A stretch of DNA of 64,000 bases from Laetmonice hystrix. Lineage: Eukaryota. The position numbers were made by a program, and so were the translations under genes. The notes under the pieces are model-generated. The model did no database searches and was not told the DNA's origin. It saw only the letters and a list, made by a program, of their open reading frames with translations. Location of the stretch: positions 26,102,001 through 26,166,000 of the forward strand of contig OZ249439.1 in the NCBI GenBank assembly GCA_965235115.1, in the 5' to 3' direction. Shown piece by piece: positions 25,146 through 38,800 of this stretch. The first letter of the stretch is position 1. The number at the start of each line of letters is the position of its first letter.

Positions 25146-27570
25146 TTCGTTCAATCCACCTCGAAATATATCTCTCCTCAAAAATAACCACCCGGTGTTG
25201 TCGGCCCTGAAGGCAACTCTGATATGAATGTTCGATGGGTCTTTCTTGTCTGCACTGACAGTCAGATCACTGGAGGCGTTTTCAATATCTGGAGGAGCAT
25301 GTAGAGGAGAAGTGGAGCATCCAAGGCTATGGCGACCGATGGTCAATGCATGGGCGCAGAGGGCGCATTTGTTCATCTGAGCAGTAAATCCGCGAGCCAT
25401 AACCCAACCTCGCTGCGCAGATAAACTCGTGCTTGAATATGAATTTCACACACGACAGATAAGGCCTTTCATGAGCGGTAAGTAAGTAGCCCCGTCTGTT
25501 AAATGGAAGCTTTGCTTTTGTCATCTTCTCCCCATTGCCGCGGCGTCTCGCACGATGAGATACTCTCTGTCATAAAGAGCCACTGGGGAACGGTTGTCTG
25601 TCGGCCATCTCTCTCAACCCCCCAGCCCGCTCCTACCAACCCCGTTTTCAATGGTGCATGAAAACAGCCAAATTTCTCGCTTGACTAAAAACAAGTGAAT
25701 TCCACTCGAAATCCACACACACAAAAAAGTTCCCAAAGTCTCCACACAATATCCTGTGGTGCCAACCCTCTTATCTGAATCCCCCATAATAGAACTGAGA
25801 ATCGAGTCCTTTTATTGGTGCTGGGAACAAGGCGGCATCGGGGTGCGGTGAATTGGACCATGTGGTAGACATTTATCTTCAGGCAAGCCATGGCCATTCG
25901 GACGTCCCTTGGAGGCTGATTTAACTGGCTAGTTTAACCTCTGGCCCGCCGATACCATTTAACACTGGCCACTTGACATACATGACAGCCGGTTGAAAAA
26001 CAGCCATGATGTGAAGACAATCGGCCGCAACTGTCGCTGTTTCGCGGCCAGCCTATCACTGCCCGCGCTGGCCCCTCCCTTTCCCTCCACCGGAACAGGT
26101 ATACGGGCCCCTGCCCAGACTCTTCCAATTGGCACGGCGGGCAGTCCCCCCGGTAGGGCCATATTTCTGATTGAGTCGTGCCACAGAGCCTCCCATATGC
26201 CCTCAACGGCCCAGCGCTTGGCCCAGCAGTGCTCATCAGAGCATGTGAAATAGGTGCACCGGCCTGGCAGCGCCCAGGTCCTATCAGTCATTCACTTTGC
26301 CCTCCCAATTAATATTCCCTCCACCGCCGGACCCTAGAGCGACCCTATTTATGCGATGGATCCATGCAGCTCCTATGAATCGACGAGCAAGCGGCTGGAA
26401 CCGTTTGTGTCTCCGTATCAGTCTATAGGAGCCATCTATTACACTGGTTTCTTTGTGGTCGATGAGAACATCTCTGGGACCTTTGATGTGATCGGAGGGA
26501 GGGACACCACCACACACAGGTGTGTTCGGTCAAGTGATGAGGCTGACTGTGGTGGAGTGACACCTGTTCATTATACACTCTCCCAATCAACTCCCCGCCC
26601 CCAGGATCCCTGATTGTGATCACACGTTTGAAGCCGACGATCCTTGCCCCCGTCCCCTGTCAGAATTCGGCACCCATTAACTTCCACATTATGGGTTCGC
26701 CTCACACCTCAGTTCTCAATGCGGTCGGTAAGGTCCGACCGTATCGACCTGGCCCCGCCATCGACTTGCAATCGGAGCCGTTTACCATCAGTGTTAAGTG
26801 ATTGCAAGTCAGTGGAGCATTGCCCTCCTATTGCCTCCCTTCATTACACATGTCAGTGGCTTCCAATGCCGTATGATACAAGAACCGGCAATTGCCTTGC
26901 AATGCCTCCTAACTCCCGTCGAGGTGTCCCATTAATTAAAACCAAACCCATCGCACACTTTTTTCACCAGTAGAAAAACAACAACCTTCATTGTTTTGCT
27001 CAGGGGGCTGGAATCTATAATGGGCTAAATAAGCACATGAAAGCATGAATGAAGACACGGACCAGCGAGGGACAAATGGCTGAGCTCTGCCAATAAAACT
27101 TCGAGATTAATTTACTGAATGACTGCACTCATACTCTCGACCTGCTCCCTGGGTATTGTTTCTCAAAATAGTGATTGTTCCCTAGCTACCCTATCAGAGT
27201 TACCCTGTTATTCAGAGTTTTTCACTATGATTCCCTGATTTTTTTTCACAGAGTGGTTACCCGTTACGAACCCCTTGTCAACCCCTGAAAAAGCTCGGTT
27301 TTGTTCATGTGTTTCTATTGGAGAATGCCTCAGATCGCATGACCAGTGTTGTATGTTGGGCGTACAATGCGGTTCAGCTTCACACTGCATTCCTCAGATC
27401 TCGCTTGTACTCTTTCATCCACTTCTCGGCCATTTTTTCCAGACTGATTGCAAAAGGCAAAAAAAAAAGAGGAAATGAGGCCATCGAAGAAGGTTGTGCC
27501 TATCGACCACATGGCCTTTAATGAGCACCCTTTAGCTGTCCTTCCTTCCTGTAGAAGCGCGTCCTTGGAA

Positions 27571-27624
27571 TGGGAGCCACATCCTTGACTGATGTGGCTC
27601 CCACATCCTTGACTGATGTGGCTC
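27571..27624. repeat. Perfect 24-bp tandem duplication overlapping a 13-bp perfect inverted repeat
   Basis: ccacatccttgactgatgtggctc x2 (27577-27600, 27601-27624). Arms TGGGAGCCACATC (27571-27583) and GATGTGGCTCCCA (27591-27603). Confidence 0.95.
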
Positions 27625-29765
27625 CGGGGACCAGCCGCAAACTATTTCCGTAAAATCCCGCCATCCTGCGCATCCTTCCCGGGAAATATCTGCCCCGAGC
27701 CGGCGGGAGCCCGCTGGTGGCTTTGATTTCTCATTACCCAGCACCTAGTTGGACAGGTCATCTTTCTGTCTGCCGATATGTAGCGGACAATCAGAACTGA
27801 GGGAGGTCTTAAAGACAGCACCAGGTTGGTTGGTTTGTGAGTGAGTCATGGATACCGTGAAATGGCCACCACAGGCCGTATAGGGTGGTGGGTGGTGGGA
27901 GTCAGCGGTCCGTAGAGCCCGTCCACTGGGGTGGGGCGCTCGGCGTCAGTAGACGGTCAGTGTTTCGTGACCCCACGGATCCCAGTGCGGTCATTACCCC
28001 CCATCAAGGGCAGCGCCCCCTGGGCCCCTCCCCGCCTCCCTCGCCCTCACGGCTATCGGCCATCTGAGGATCCAACGCCCTCTCCAAACGGCATGAAATA
28101 GGACAAACAATACGGCCGCAATCCACGGAACCCTTCCTTCATTATTTCCGCTAAAATGTTTACAAATGGGAACAAATTGGCTGGCTCCAGCCCAGGGAAG
28201 GGGTGAGAAGCAAACTTATCAAGTCATCTTTGACGCCGCATCGTTTGGGGCCTGACTGCGGGCGAAAATAATCATGTGTTGGAAACGGCATCGCATGATG
28301 TGGAGCCAGAGGCTTAAACTTCAAGTCACACATCCCCAAGCAGCTTTAAATGTGTCAATCAATACTTGAGTTCTTTCACTGACTGCGCTTCCACACACAA
28401 CTCTTAATCGCCACGAGCTAAGAGCAGGCAAGAGAAAAGACCCGGTTCAGTCGTAGTAATTTAGCCGGAACCAATGTTTTCAAACTTCGCATCGACCCAA
28501 CCTGAATCAATTTGTCTGACGATTGGCACACTTGGATATTCAGAGAGGAGGAGGTGGGGGGACACAAATAAACGTGCCTTCAAAAAGTTTCACTTCTAAT
28601 GGTCCTAAACATTTTGTGTAGTGGTTTGTATTAGGCAGGGATGAGTGGGCCATTCAATACTTTCTGGCGCCATGCACTGATACAATATTGATGCCTTTCT
28701 CGCACTTCTTCGTCTGAAAGGGAATAATGGCCTCTTGTCCCGTCCCAGAGTCTGGTGGGTGGAGGTACTTACACGGTCCAGGTTAAGCCCCTAAAAAACT
28801 GGCATGAAGCATGGCCCCCGATATTGGGGGCACACACGTGCGACATGCAGGCAGTCGGTCGACGCCTCCCACCTTGTTATCTAGTTTTCTGTTATAGTCT
28901 CGGGCGGTGAACGGGTGGCAGTAGAACTGATTGCCTTGCCAATCTACCACCCTCCACCACCAAACGACCGTGGAACGTCTCCCGTCCGGCCGCCAGGCCG
29001 TCCGTCCGGCAGGTCGATCGATGGAGACAAACACCGGGGAGGTGGTCATTGACGGGCCGGGAGGAGGACGGGCCGGTCTCTAAACCACCCCCTCCCCCGA
29101 GTCAGGGTAACTACCGGCACTGAGGCAAACCTCCTCTCTGTCTCTCCGCATCGAGTACCCCCCCTCCCCACCCTCTCTCTGTGCTGGCACAATGAAGGCA
29201 TTAATCAAGTATGCCACCGTCTATACCGTCTAGTCTATAATCATCACCTCCTGCTAATGACAGAAGATTCTAATGAAACACTAGGTAGACTTCACACTTC
29301 TGATCCATTCTGAGTCCCTTTTGTCACTTTACCATACCTTCTAATTGATTTATTGTGTTGGCACACAGGGAATTATTTGCTAAGACAACCACCCTTGCAT
29401 GAGAATACCCTTCTGTTCATCAATCAATATACAGGCATTTTTTGTAACGTTCTCACTTACTTTACAAGACTAAATTGAAGCGACTTCGGGGTGTACACTT
29501 TATAACCCAAACAACTGTTTTTTTTCTCAGGGTGCCCCACACCATTACAAAAATCAATACAAAGTAATAAAGAAAGTGCCATGTATGAAATAAAGAGATT
29601 TTATTGATAACGTCGCCTTGATTAAAGTATCTATGTCTATAGACCTCCCGAGATATAGGGTGCATGATCCCCAACGACCCTGCCCAGCGCAGCCATCGCT
29701 CGCAAAATACATTTAATCTCGAACGACATTCGGCGAGTCATAGAGGGTCAAATGGATGAGATACA

Positions 29766-29853
29766 TTTCTTGTTCTTCTTTTTCTTGTTCTTTTTGCTCT
29801 TTTTGTTCTTCTTGACCTTCTTCTTCTTGTCCGTCTTCTTCTTCCTTTCTTTT
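29766..29853. repeat. Low-complexity (CTT/CTTTTT)-rich tract
   Basis: Nearly pure pyrimidine on the + strand. Confidence 0.85.
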
Positions 29854-32800
29854 ACCCCTTGATCTTTAGCCATTAATAGTACATACATAAGTATGCGTTG
29901 TACTGTAAATCATCTGTTTGGTGATCTAGTTGAGATTCTCCTGTTCGATCTAGATGCATGTGACCTAAGATTTGCACCGACTTTTTCTTGTTTCACATCG
30001 CATGCATGTAGACCCTCCTTCGTGCCCGCCCTCCCCGCTACCGCAACATGTGCCCCCGAACACCGCAGTTCAAATGATCAGTACAGTGACATAAATAATT
30101 CACAATGACATACAATACACTCCCGGACTTTCATCGTGAAAATCAAAGTAAGTGGAGCACCAATGCATGAAAGTTGAACCGATTGTCACGGCTGCATTGA
30201 TCCTAGCGCCTCCAACACCTGAGCGTGTCTGTAACACTTGGCAGGCCAAAGTTATACCCAAGTCTCGGCGGCAACACGAGTCGAAACGACACCGTGCCAA
30301 AATCGCCGCAAGGAATACCAACTGGGAATCGCCGGATCAGACATGTCAAGGAGTCTTCACATAAAAGGTCAACATGCAGTCCTGAGTTCCCGCTGTATGG
30401 GTGTTTTCAGTTTCCTTTCTGTCAAGTTTTAACAAGAAAGGCACACTAAAGCGTGACTTTTACACCGCATTCAGTACATATGGATTTAAAACTTGTAAAA
30501 ACTTCACGCTTCACATAACGTCAGCAGCAACAGCAGCAACAAACGCAGTTCTTTATTTATTATTTCAAATTACCCCCCAACGAAGAGTTTAATCAGTTCA
30601 AACATGAAAATGATTCTACCCCAGTTGTGACGTCATGAGAGTTTGCATGTAAAGGAATAATGTCCACCGTCACCCTGGGGAAACCATCGCCTCTGATCGG
30701 GTAATTCCTGACCATTTATTTTTTTTGGACAAGACGGATTGAATAATCACGTTTTGACGAAGACCAGTCTGAGCTACCGACAATCGGTGCGAGTTTTCTT
30801 TCCTCCAGCACAGACTGATACTAAACATGCCTTCTCACTGCCGTCTTAGCGAACTGGCCACGTTGAGGTGAGAGATAATCTGAGGTGTGTCAAAGGCGGA
30901 CGAGTCAGGTTACCTGCAGCCTCCACTAATCAGGTAGTCACGCGAAACGAAGCCCACTGCCTGTCATCCGACGAGGCAGGCAAGTCAAATATCATTCTTC
31001 AGATATCATATCCATAGCCGCTTCAACCGAGAGTTCCAATTGAGATGGCACCGGAGCTGACAGAACAATCACCGTACATCACGCGGGCCGCCAGATCCGC
31101 TGCACCAGATCTCTTGTTCTGCTGCACCAGCAGGCTGGGGTTGCTGCACCATGGACACCAGAGGTCAGCCAGAAATTGCCCGGCCGGGGTTGGCCACCCG
31201 TCCGTCCCGGGCCGTTCGCAGGGCTGCAGCCGTGAACTACATCGGAATCGCGTGCCGTGACGTATTAAGCTCTCGTGCTGGGACTGCAATTAGTTGGGAG
31301 AAGTTTCTCTGGGTCGTCTGACCTGCGGTGTCGTCGTCATGATGAATGTAAACAACGGAGTCATCCGCTCCGGCACCTAAACACACGCAGGAGGCGGAAG
31401 TGAGGAATTCCGAGCTCAGTTGGGACTTGGGGAAAGATATTTATTTCAGTCTGACCAGTGGTCAATTCTATACGCAGCGCTGACCCTGCATGGCCAGACC
31501 CCCCGCTGACCCGCACCACTTGGATTGGATCAATGGTTTTCTCATGGTGCAGTGCCTGCCGGTAAAGCGGCCATGATCTATACCGGCTAGATGGTGCCGA
31601 TACACCCCGGCCAGTTTATCGTTGGCTTACCATGCACGACCGTATCACTTTCCTCCTGTTGTGGTCAATGATCGCCTTTTTTTGCAGGAACCGTCTCTGG
31701 TTTACTCTGCAGGAGGCCCTCTTCGATCTCGTCTCCTTTAGCCGAGCCACAATGGACCTTGGGCGGGGGTTGGTGGGAAGAGGAAGGGTGGGGTGGGGGG
31801 TTGAAGGTCTGCGCCAGCAACTAGTTCCAGCAATCTTTTCGTGCGCAGTGCACGGCACTGATGCCACATTGTGTGGTGCCGTGCACGACTGTTCACAGAA
31901 GCTGACAGATCGGGGGAGTGGTTGTCCTTCTATATATACTCGTTCTACCGCTGGTCTGCTCGGCTACCCCCACTTCCTCCCTTCACCCGTAAACTGCTGG
32001 GGTCCCTTCCTCCTAGCTGACCATGAATAGATGTATGGGGCTATCAATAACACCTTTCTCTCCCTCTCTCAATCTCTCTCTCTCTCATTCTCTCTCTCGC
32101 TCCCTCTCTAATGCACTCTGCCGCCCCACAGCAATGGAAGCATCCGCCACAATAACCGCAGGGGTTTTTTTTGCGGAGAGTGGAGGTAAAAAAAATGTCG
32201 GCTCTCTTTTCTCTTATTCAATATTAATCTATATCTAGGTTCATCACGCTGGGGGGTCGCCTTTAGGCCCCTCTGAACGGGATAGACCATATCAATACCA
32301 TCAATAGTTACGGTAAATCACTAGCGGTGTGAAATACTTGATTGGTGTTAAGCTGCACTCGAACTTATCTTCATGTACGCAGCAAAGTGCGTCAAGCGTT
32401 CCTCATCGTGCGCCATGTCGGATTCTCAATCGGCCAGAAATCTCAATTAACCCGATCCAGATAACTCGCTTGACAGTCGGCACTTAATTGCAAAAATTTC
32501 GCACTTTCTGTTCATCTGAAACAATTACTGCCTGGCTCCCACTGCTGATGATGGAGACAATCGTTGCAGTCGGCTCTCGTTCCAACCTTTGCACTGAAGA
32601 ATCTGCCGAGCGGCTCGCCTCCGATATAAAACCATGATATAATGGAAGGCTGCACAGGTTTCTCCTATCTATCTCAACACGCCCGCTGCAGAACGTTCTG
32701 CCGATGACATTGCTGCACCTGTACCGGACCTAAATCTCTCCATCACTGCAGTGGCTGGTAATTAGAAGCAATCATTTTTCCAGGGCGGCTGTTGGCATCC

Positions 32801-35800
32801 AGAAAATAAAACACAAAATCTCACGCCTCCTCACGGCCACATTTTATGTAGATTTTATGAGAAATAATAGTTTCTCCGTATTGTATTTTTTTGCCGTGAT
32901 TATTGCTATCCATCTGATCTGGGTGGAGTGTGCCTGCTGACGTTACGTGAGAGACAAACATCGTACGTCAGCATCATTATCGATTACCATTACGTTAGAT
33001 TATATGACCTCTATAGATCAGGTTGGTCGCCCCATTCCATGAGAGCAGGGAATGGAAGTGATTAGTGCATATTCCATCACTAAAGTCATTATACAACGCC
33101 TCCTTGTAAGAATCTCCATTCGTTCACTCAGCTCAGACTTATTTTGTAAAGTTCCATCACTATGAACAAATTACTATGTCTTCAAAATCGTTAAACCTAA
33201 CATTTCTTTTTACACTCAAAAGTTAAATCTCGAACGTCAAGTCGCGGCTTTATTCCACTAACCCTGCGCACTGAGAAGTTGAGAAGTTGACGGCACTTCG
33301 ACTACTGACTTGACATTTCTTTACCTCAATACACTATCGCTCAGAAAACTTCATATACGACTCTTCCTTGACATGAAATTACACGTCACCATGACAGCCG
33401 TTCTGCAGTTTGTTCGAAGTATAACTCGATGACTGCAGTTCTTCTCAATAATGCAACTAGGCAGGAAATACATTACGAGGCAAAACATATCACCAGCATC
33501 GTTAAAACTTGAAGGATGCAGGCGACGTCCTCGCGACGTCTGCTATCTTTCTTCTGTTTTCGTGAAAGCTAAAGCCCGGAGGCTCGCTTCATGAACGTCA
33601 CTGCATCAATCTGTATTCTTCCTAATTAGCTCTTACACAACATTATTACTGCCTGCTTCTCGGGAACCTTTAATGACAAAGGGCATTACAAAGACAAAGG
33701 TGCACTCTTATGACACGAAGATGTTCACTTCCCCGCTTCATTAGAATGATTAATGCCATTAAAAACACGCTTTCCGATTGCACAGTTAATATACCGTGTC
33801 CCCTGTGATGTCAGAAAGCGAGATGATCCAAGCCATGGCAGGACTAGCTGCTTCTGCCTCCACTGACATCCTATACAGTTTCTCCTCACAGTCCCTCGGT
33901 CCCGCCTCGAGCTTTATCAAGTGCCCTGGACCTGCGCGTGATGGTGATGGCTCCTTCGTTATTACAGAGGCACTAGTTGATTCAAGTCCAGCTGCGAAAG
34001 CGCTGAAGCAGATGCGAATTGGATCCAGAAGCTCTGCATCAGCGGCTGACCGGTAGTCAATAGGTGATGTTATTACTGGTCTGTGGGAGGCGACAACTGT
34101 TACAAACTCCCGCCCTAATTGTTCTTTATTTGGACGCGAACCGCGAGGGGGCTATAATTCGTGCTTCCTTCTATGGCCGTCCTAATCAGCTTAGCTTATT
34201 GCATCTGCACGGCCAGATGGCACTGCTAGAGTGTGCAAACATTCCATCTCTTCAATGGTTCTCATTACGCGGCAATGCGGCCCTCATTGAGCCTGACGCC
34301 ACATAAACGTCGCCGTCATGAGCTTGCCCGGCCTGGTGGGCATGATGAAAAAAAAATAATAAAGTTATCTGAATAATTCATGCGCCACAGACTCACAGTG
34401 GTCCCTCTTTGTGAAAACTCTAACCAACCCCCCTTCCCTTCACCCCCTTACGGCTCTGCCGTGCAATGATGATAAGAGCAAGGCGGGTAAGTCAAACACT
34501 GCGCAAAATACATTTAAGGGATTGACAGGGGTTCTAGTGGTGAAATAGCAGCAGTCAGCAAAAGTTGCAGGGATTCGTGCCGTGTTTGGGGGTTGCACCC
34601 CTCCCTCCCCCGCCACCACCCCAAGGGGTCCCATGCGAGACCCTGGCCGCCATATTGGATTCGTGCGACCATTTGGTCATGACAAGAGGGTATTGTTCTG
34701 AAATGGTCGGGCCAGGTCGCGTTTTCCCCTCTAATGATGTCCAAGGTAAACATCATCTTTTATTCAACACATGATCTCTTAACGATGTTTCCATTGGCGA
34801 GTGGCAACACTAACACCCATGATGATGCTTAATAGCTTTCAGTGCCTTTTGATTAAGGAAATAATTCAATTTCCGCCGTTAACAAAGTGACAGAATTTAT
34901 AATTGCGTTGGAAAGTTTTCAGGTCCGTGTTTTCCCTGTTACTGGTCAGTGAATATTAATGTCAGAATTATGAATAAATATCTCGCCGTTATTGCTTTAA
35001 AATTTAAGTTTTCTTCTCCTTAAGTGTTCATTATTGGTAAATTTCAGGTCCTCCTGCATGGAACATGTCTGGCCTTAGAATCCTCGCTCAGTCTCAGCAA
35101 CGAAACAGTCTCGTTGGTCTGAGACAACAAAGAATGTGAACCATAAAAACGGAAACCTTGTACTTGGTCAGCAAGGAATTGAATGTGAAAGCAAACAGAT
35201 GGTATTCTTTTTTTTTAAACCATGCCTTTGTATACTTCTACCCAAGTAGCAGGAACATCACCAGCTAATGGTCGCCTTCCCTCAGACACAAACAAAAAAC
35301 AGAGAAGAAAAGGGTCTGAATCGGGATGTGTTCTTGTTTAGTTAGAAATCAATAGCTAGGTCAGTTCAAGATTCTTATGGGTCAAATCGATCGCGAATTA
35401 GGTTTTAATGTAGTCAGTTTGAAGATCAGCCCGATAGTTGGGCGACTAATGGTCCGTATTGGACAAAGTCTCTCGGAAATTCCATTTGCATACAGGTTAA
35501 ATGTGTTGGTAATCGACCCGGTTAACAATGGCTACAATTTGTTGTCACCAGTCAGGAGCAGGCAAACAGACAGGTATTTTCTCACGACGCGCCGGGCTAT
35601 ACGTGAGATAATTAGCAGGTTTTTTCAGTGAGTCAGGGGGTCCCAGTGCGTGAGGTCCATCTGTTAATGATCCCGATGGTAATGACAGTTCCCACTGTAA
35701 GTGAAATTATCGAGTCCGCTGGGCCCAGCAGCTGGCAACATCTAATGGCTTCGCTCCATTTGGTCCGGGCAAAACCCTCCGAACACACGCAAGCGCTTCA

Positions 35801-38800
35801 CCTCCCTAAATACACAGCAACTGACTTCTGACGACAGTGAACAGTTTAAAAAAACCCAAAGCTTATCCAATGTCATCTTCTAAAGGTAATCCCAATTTCT
35901 CTTGTGGTTTCTTTTATTTATATCCTTTATCCTCAACTACCATGCAACATGTTCAGTTTGGTTGAATAAACACAATGGCCAAGACATAAGATTAAAAGTT
36001 TCACGGTTTGCCGTTGGTCTCTGTGACAGCAGACACCTGGATCTACTTTGTGGAAAATGTTATTGTTTCAAATGAGTCATTTACTGATTAAATTGCCAAT
36101 AGAACATGAGAAATCTCAGCTTATACAAGTGTAATGAGCCATGTAACTCATCACCTCCACTGCCTTACGTTGCATCACGTTAAAAATTGACGATAATAGA
36201 AAGCGCAAATTAAAAGCAATGGACTGGAATACACGTGTTAGGACTTAACGGTGCCCCGATGACAAAGGATCCGAGATGAGCATGGTGTGAGAGGCCTACC
36301 ATGATCGGTTTCTGATTACAACACGCCCATGATGGAAACCGCCAGGGGGAGCAGTCAACCCCCGGGAAAGCTGCTGCTGCTGCAGGAGCAGGATGAAGAG
36401 GAAGAAGAAGATGGCAAGGTTTCGCAGACAACATAAAGCATACTTCTTTCGCAACGAGCTAATCTTTCATCTAAATCAGCGTGATGAAGGTTCTCTGGGC
36501 CGACTTTATCGACACAATGAATCATTTGTGTTGTCTGCCTCAATGTTTCGCTCGGCCTGTGTGCGAGATTAGTCGGTGTAAGACAGCAGGGACAAGGATT
36601 ACACTCAGCTGTGCAGGATCGCGGTAAACTTGTACAAATACCATAATGCCACAGATCCATAGGCTTCCGGTTGTAATGCGGCGTTGTTCTGAGAACCCGG
36701 TGACGACGTGGCGCCCAATGGGGCGTGAGGTGGGCGCCACGCCGGCTACTGATCGATACAACACTGATGACTTGGTCAGTGCTCCCAAGGGGACACCAAA
36801 GGGGGGATTGGAGCACCCCCCAGATTGACCCCCCGCCCTCTCCGCCGCTACTTACCCCCTCCCCCTCTGGCCCCCTACCCCCTCCTTCTCAGTGTTGTTT
36901 GTTGCTACTGCTGCTCAGTCTTAGCTAAGCGGGTCACCCGGCAGGGCGGCTGTTCTCATCCCATATTCTGGTCAGACCTTTGTAATTGCATCCCGGTTCC
37001 ACCCCCTGCATCCTTCCATTTGCTCATTTGTTTCGACCCATGTCCCTGGTAACACCTGCTTCATTGGTATGAATTTCATCCCGGCCGAGGTGTAGCGTTG
37101 ACAAAGTGGACAAGAAGTGACCGGTGGTGTGTCTGACAAGCCGTGTGGGTAACCAGCCCACCTGACCCGCTGGCCACTGGGCTAAGTTCTACTGGTCACT
37201 ATCTCCACCGCACAATTCGATTATCAAATCTCCTCTACTTTGTTTGAACTGGTTCTGCACTTCCCTCTGGTCAATAACTGTTCCTGACTCAAATAAAGAT
37301 GGCGTCCGTCCCTGCTCCGAGTGCTGACAAAGGGCACGAGGTCCGGACCTGGCCCCAGGGTCATATAGCTTGGGTCGGTGACATTTGCCTGCTCACGTTT
37401 CGTCACCTCTGGGCACAAAAGGCTTCAGCTGCCGCCTCGGAGACCACGCTGCGCTCAAGTGTATCGTCAACCTGCCTTTCAAGACGACTTCATATTCTAG
37501 ATTCAAACGTCAGCGCCTGATCGGGTATTCATGCAAGTGTCTCAGATCAGCGCCGGATTCTTTGTCACTCTGCACTCACCAAGGTATTCGTATTTATGTG
37601 TTACCGCGACGTGCAAGACGAAAAGATGGGTAAGTGAGGGCGGGGAGGTCAACCTGGCGGGGGGTGCTCTCGGCTCCTGGGCCAACATGTGTGTCAGACA
37701 TCTCGTCACCAAGTACGTCACGCTGTCACACGTGTCAACGTCACGTCACGTCATCACATGTCAACGTCACGTCACGTCTACAGGCTGTCATCTTACGGCT
37801 GCCCGCTTACGGCAATAATAAGCGTTTCTGTATCCAGTTCGGACATCGTGGAAATCGTAATTGACAAACGTCGACTCCAAATTCCACCCATTCATTCCCC
37901 TTCCCCCACCCCTACCCCAATATCTCATGCATGGTGATGGCAAAAATGTTCCTCGTGCGCGTCGCCTCTTCCTCCCTGGAGATTGGCTGCCAATTGTTCT
38001 GACATTTCCCCTGGCATTTCTAATTTTCTCTCCATTCCGCCGTCGTCGGGCTGCGGCGGTGACGCCACATTTCTATGGTTGCGCCTCAATATCCGCTTTC
38101 TGTGGTCGCGGACCTGCCCTCCCCCCGGACCCGACCTCTGCGGATGCAGGTCGGGATGCAGGTCGGCAGTTCTCGGCCGAGGACGACCTGTAAGCGGGGA
38201 GAGTTCAAGTAGACGCGAGGTGGGCGGCCCTCCTAAATAGCCTACCCGTGACCCTTCGACACGGGAGGAGGGGACCTCAGCCCGCCCCTCTGATGACTCA
38301 AAGTCCACTCCCAACCAACTCACAAACCATTTCACTGACCATCAGCCAACGGTTCGAGCCCACTTCACGCTTCATCAGGTTTCGTCCACCTTCAATGGGA
38401 GGTCTTCCAAGGCGATGTCCTTGGTGTTTTCTGATTAAAGGCCCTTTCATATTTCCTGACGCTTGGCCCTCGTTGTCTAGGGCAGGTGTTCATTGGGCTA
38501 TGACCCTCATGTGCCCTACAACGGCGAGGGCGCTCATTGCGCCCCTATCAGCAGCGACGACACAGGCTCGTTAGGGGCCCATCATTTGGATCTTTGAGGA
38601 GAACATTTTCGGTGTTGTCCGCTACCATCTTCGCTGGAGCAAGGAGAGGACATGTGACCAGGGGGAGAGGGAGGGAGGGGGGAGGTCGTGCCTGTGTGCC
38701 GATATAAACGGCGGGGGTGCGATATGACGGGTTGTACCCGGCGTTATCCAAGGTCCCCCGATGGCGGGCTGGTGTTGGGCCTATAACTCTCAGCCACTGT

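Noticed and set aside
33790-34150. ~120-codon stretch open in the same register on both strands
   Set aside because: No recognisable domain; the nearby acceptor would give a stop after 7 codons in the protocadherin frame.
35377-35631. ORF with IDRE and NVLVIDPVNNG resembling a decayed cadherin repeat
   Set aside because: Spacing is too long (39 vs ~33 aa), it lacks the AxDxG motif, it is on the opposite strand, and there are no flanking repeats; likely chance.
38351-38361. Pol III B-box-like GGTTCGAGCCC (tRNA/SINE)
   Set aside because: No A-box or cloverleaf upstream.
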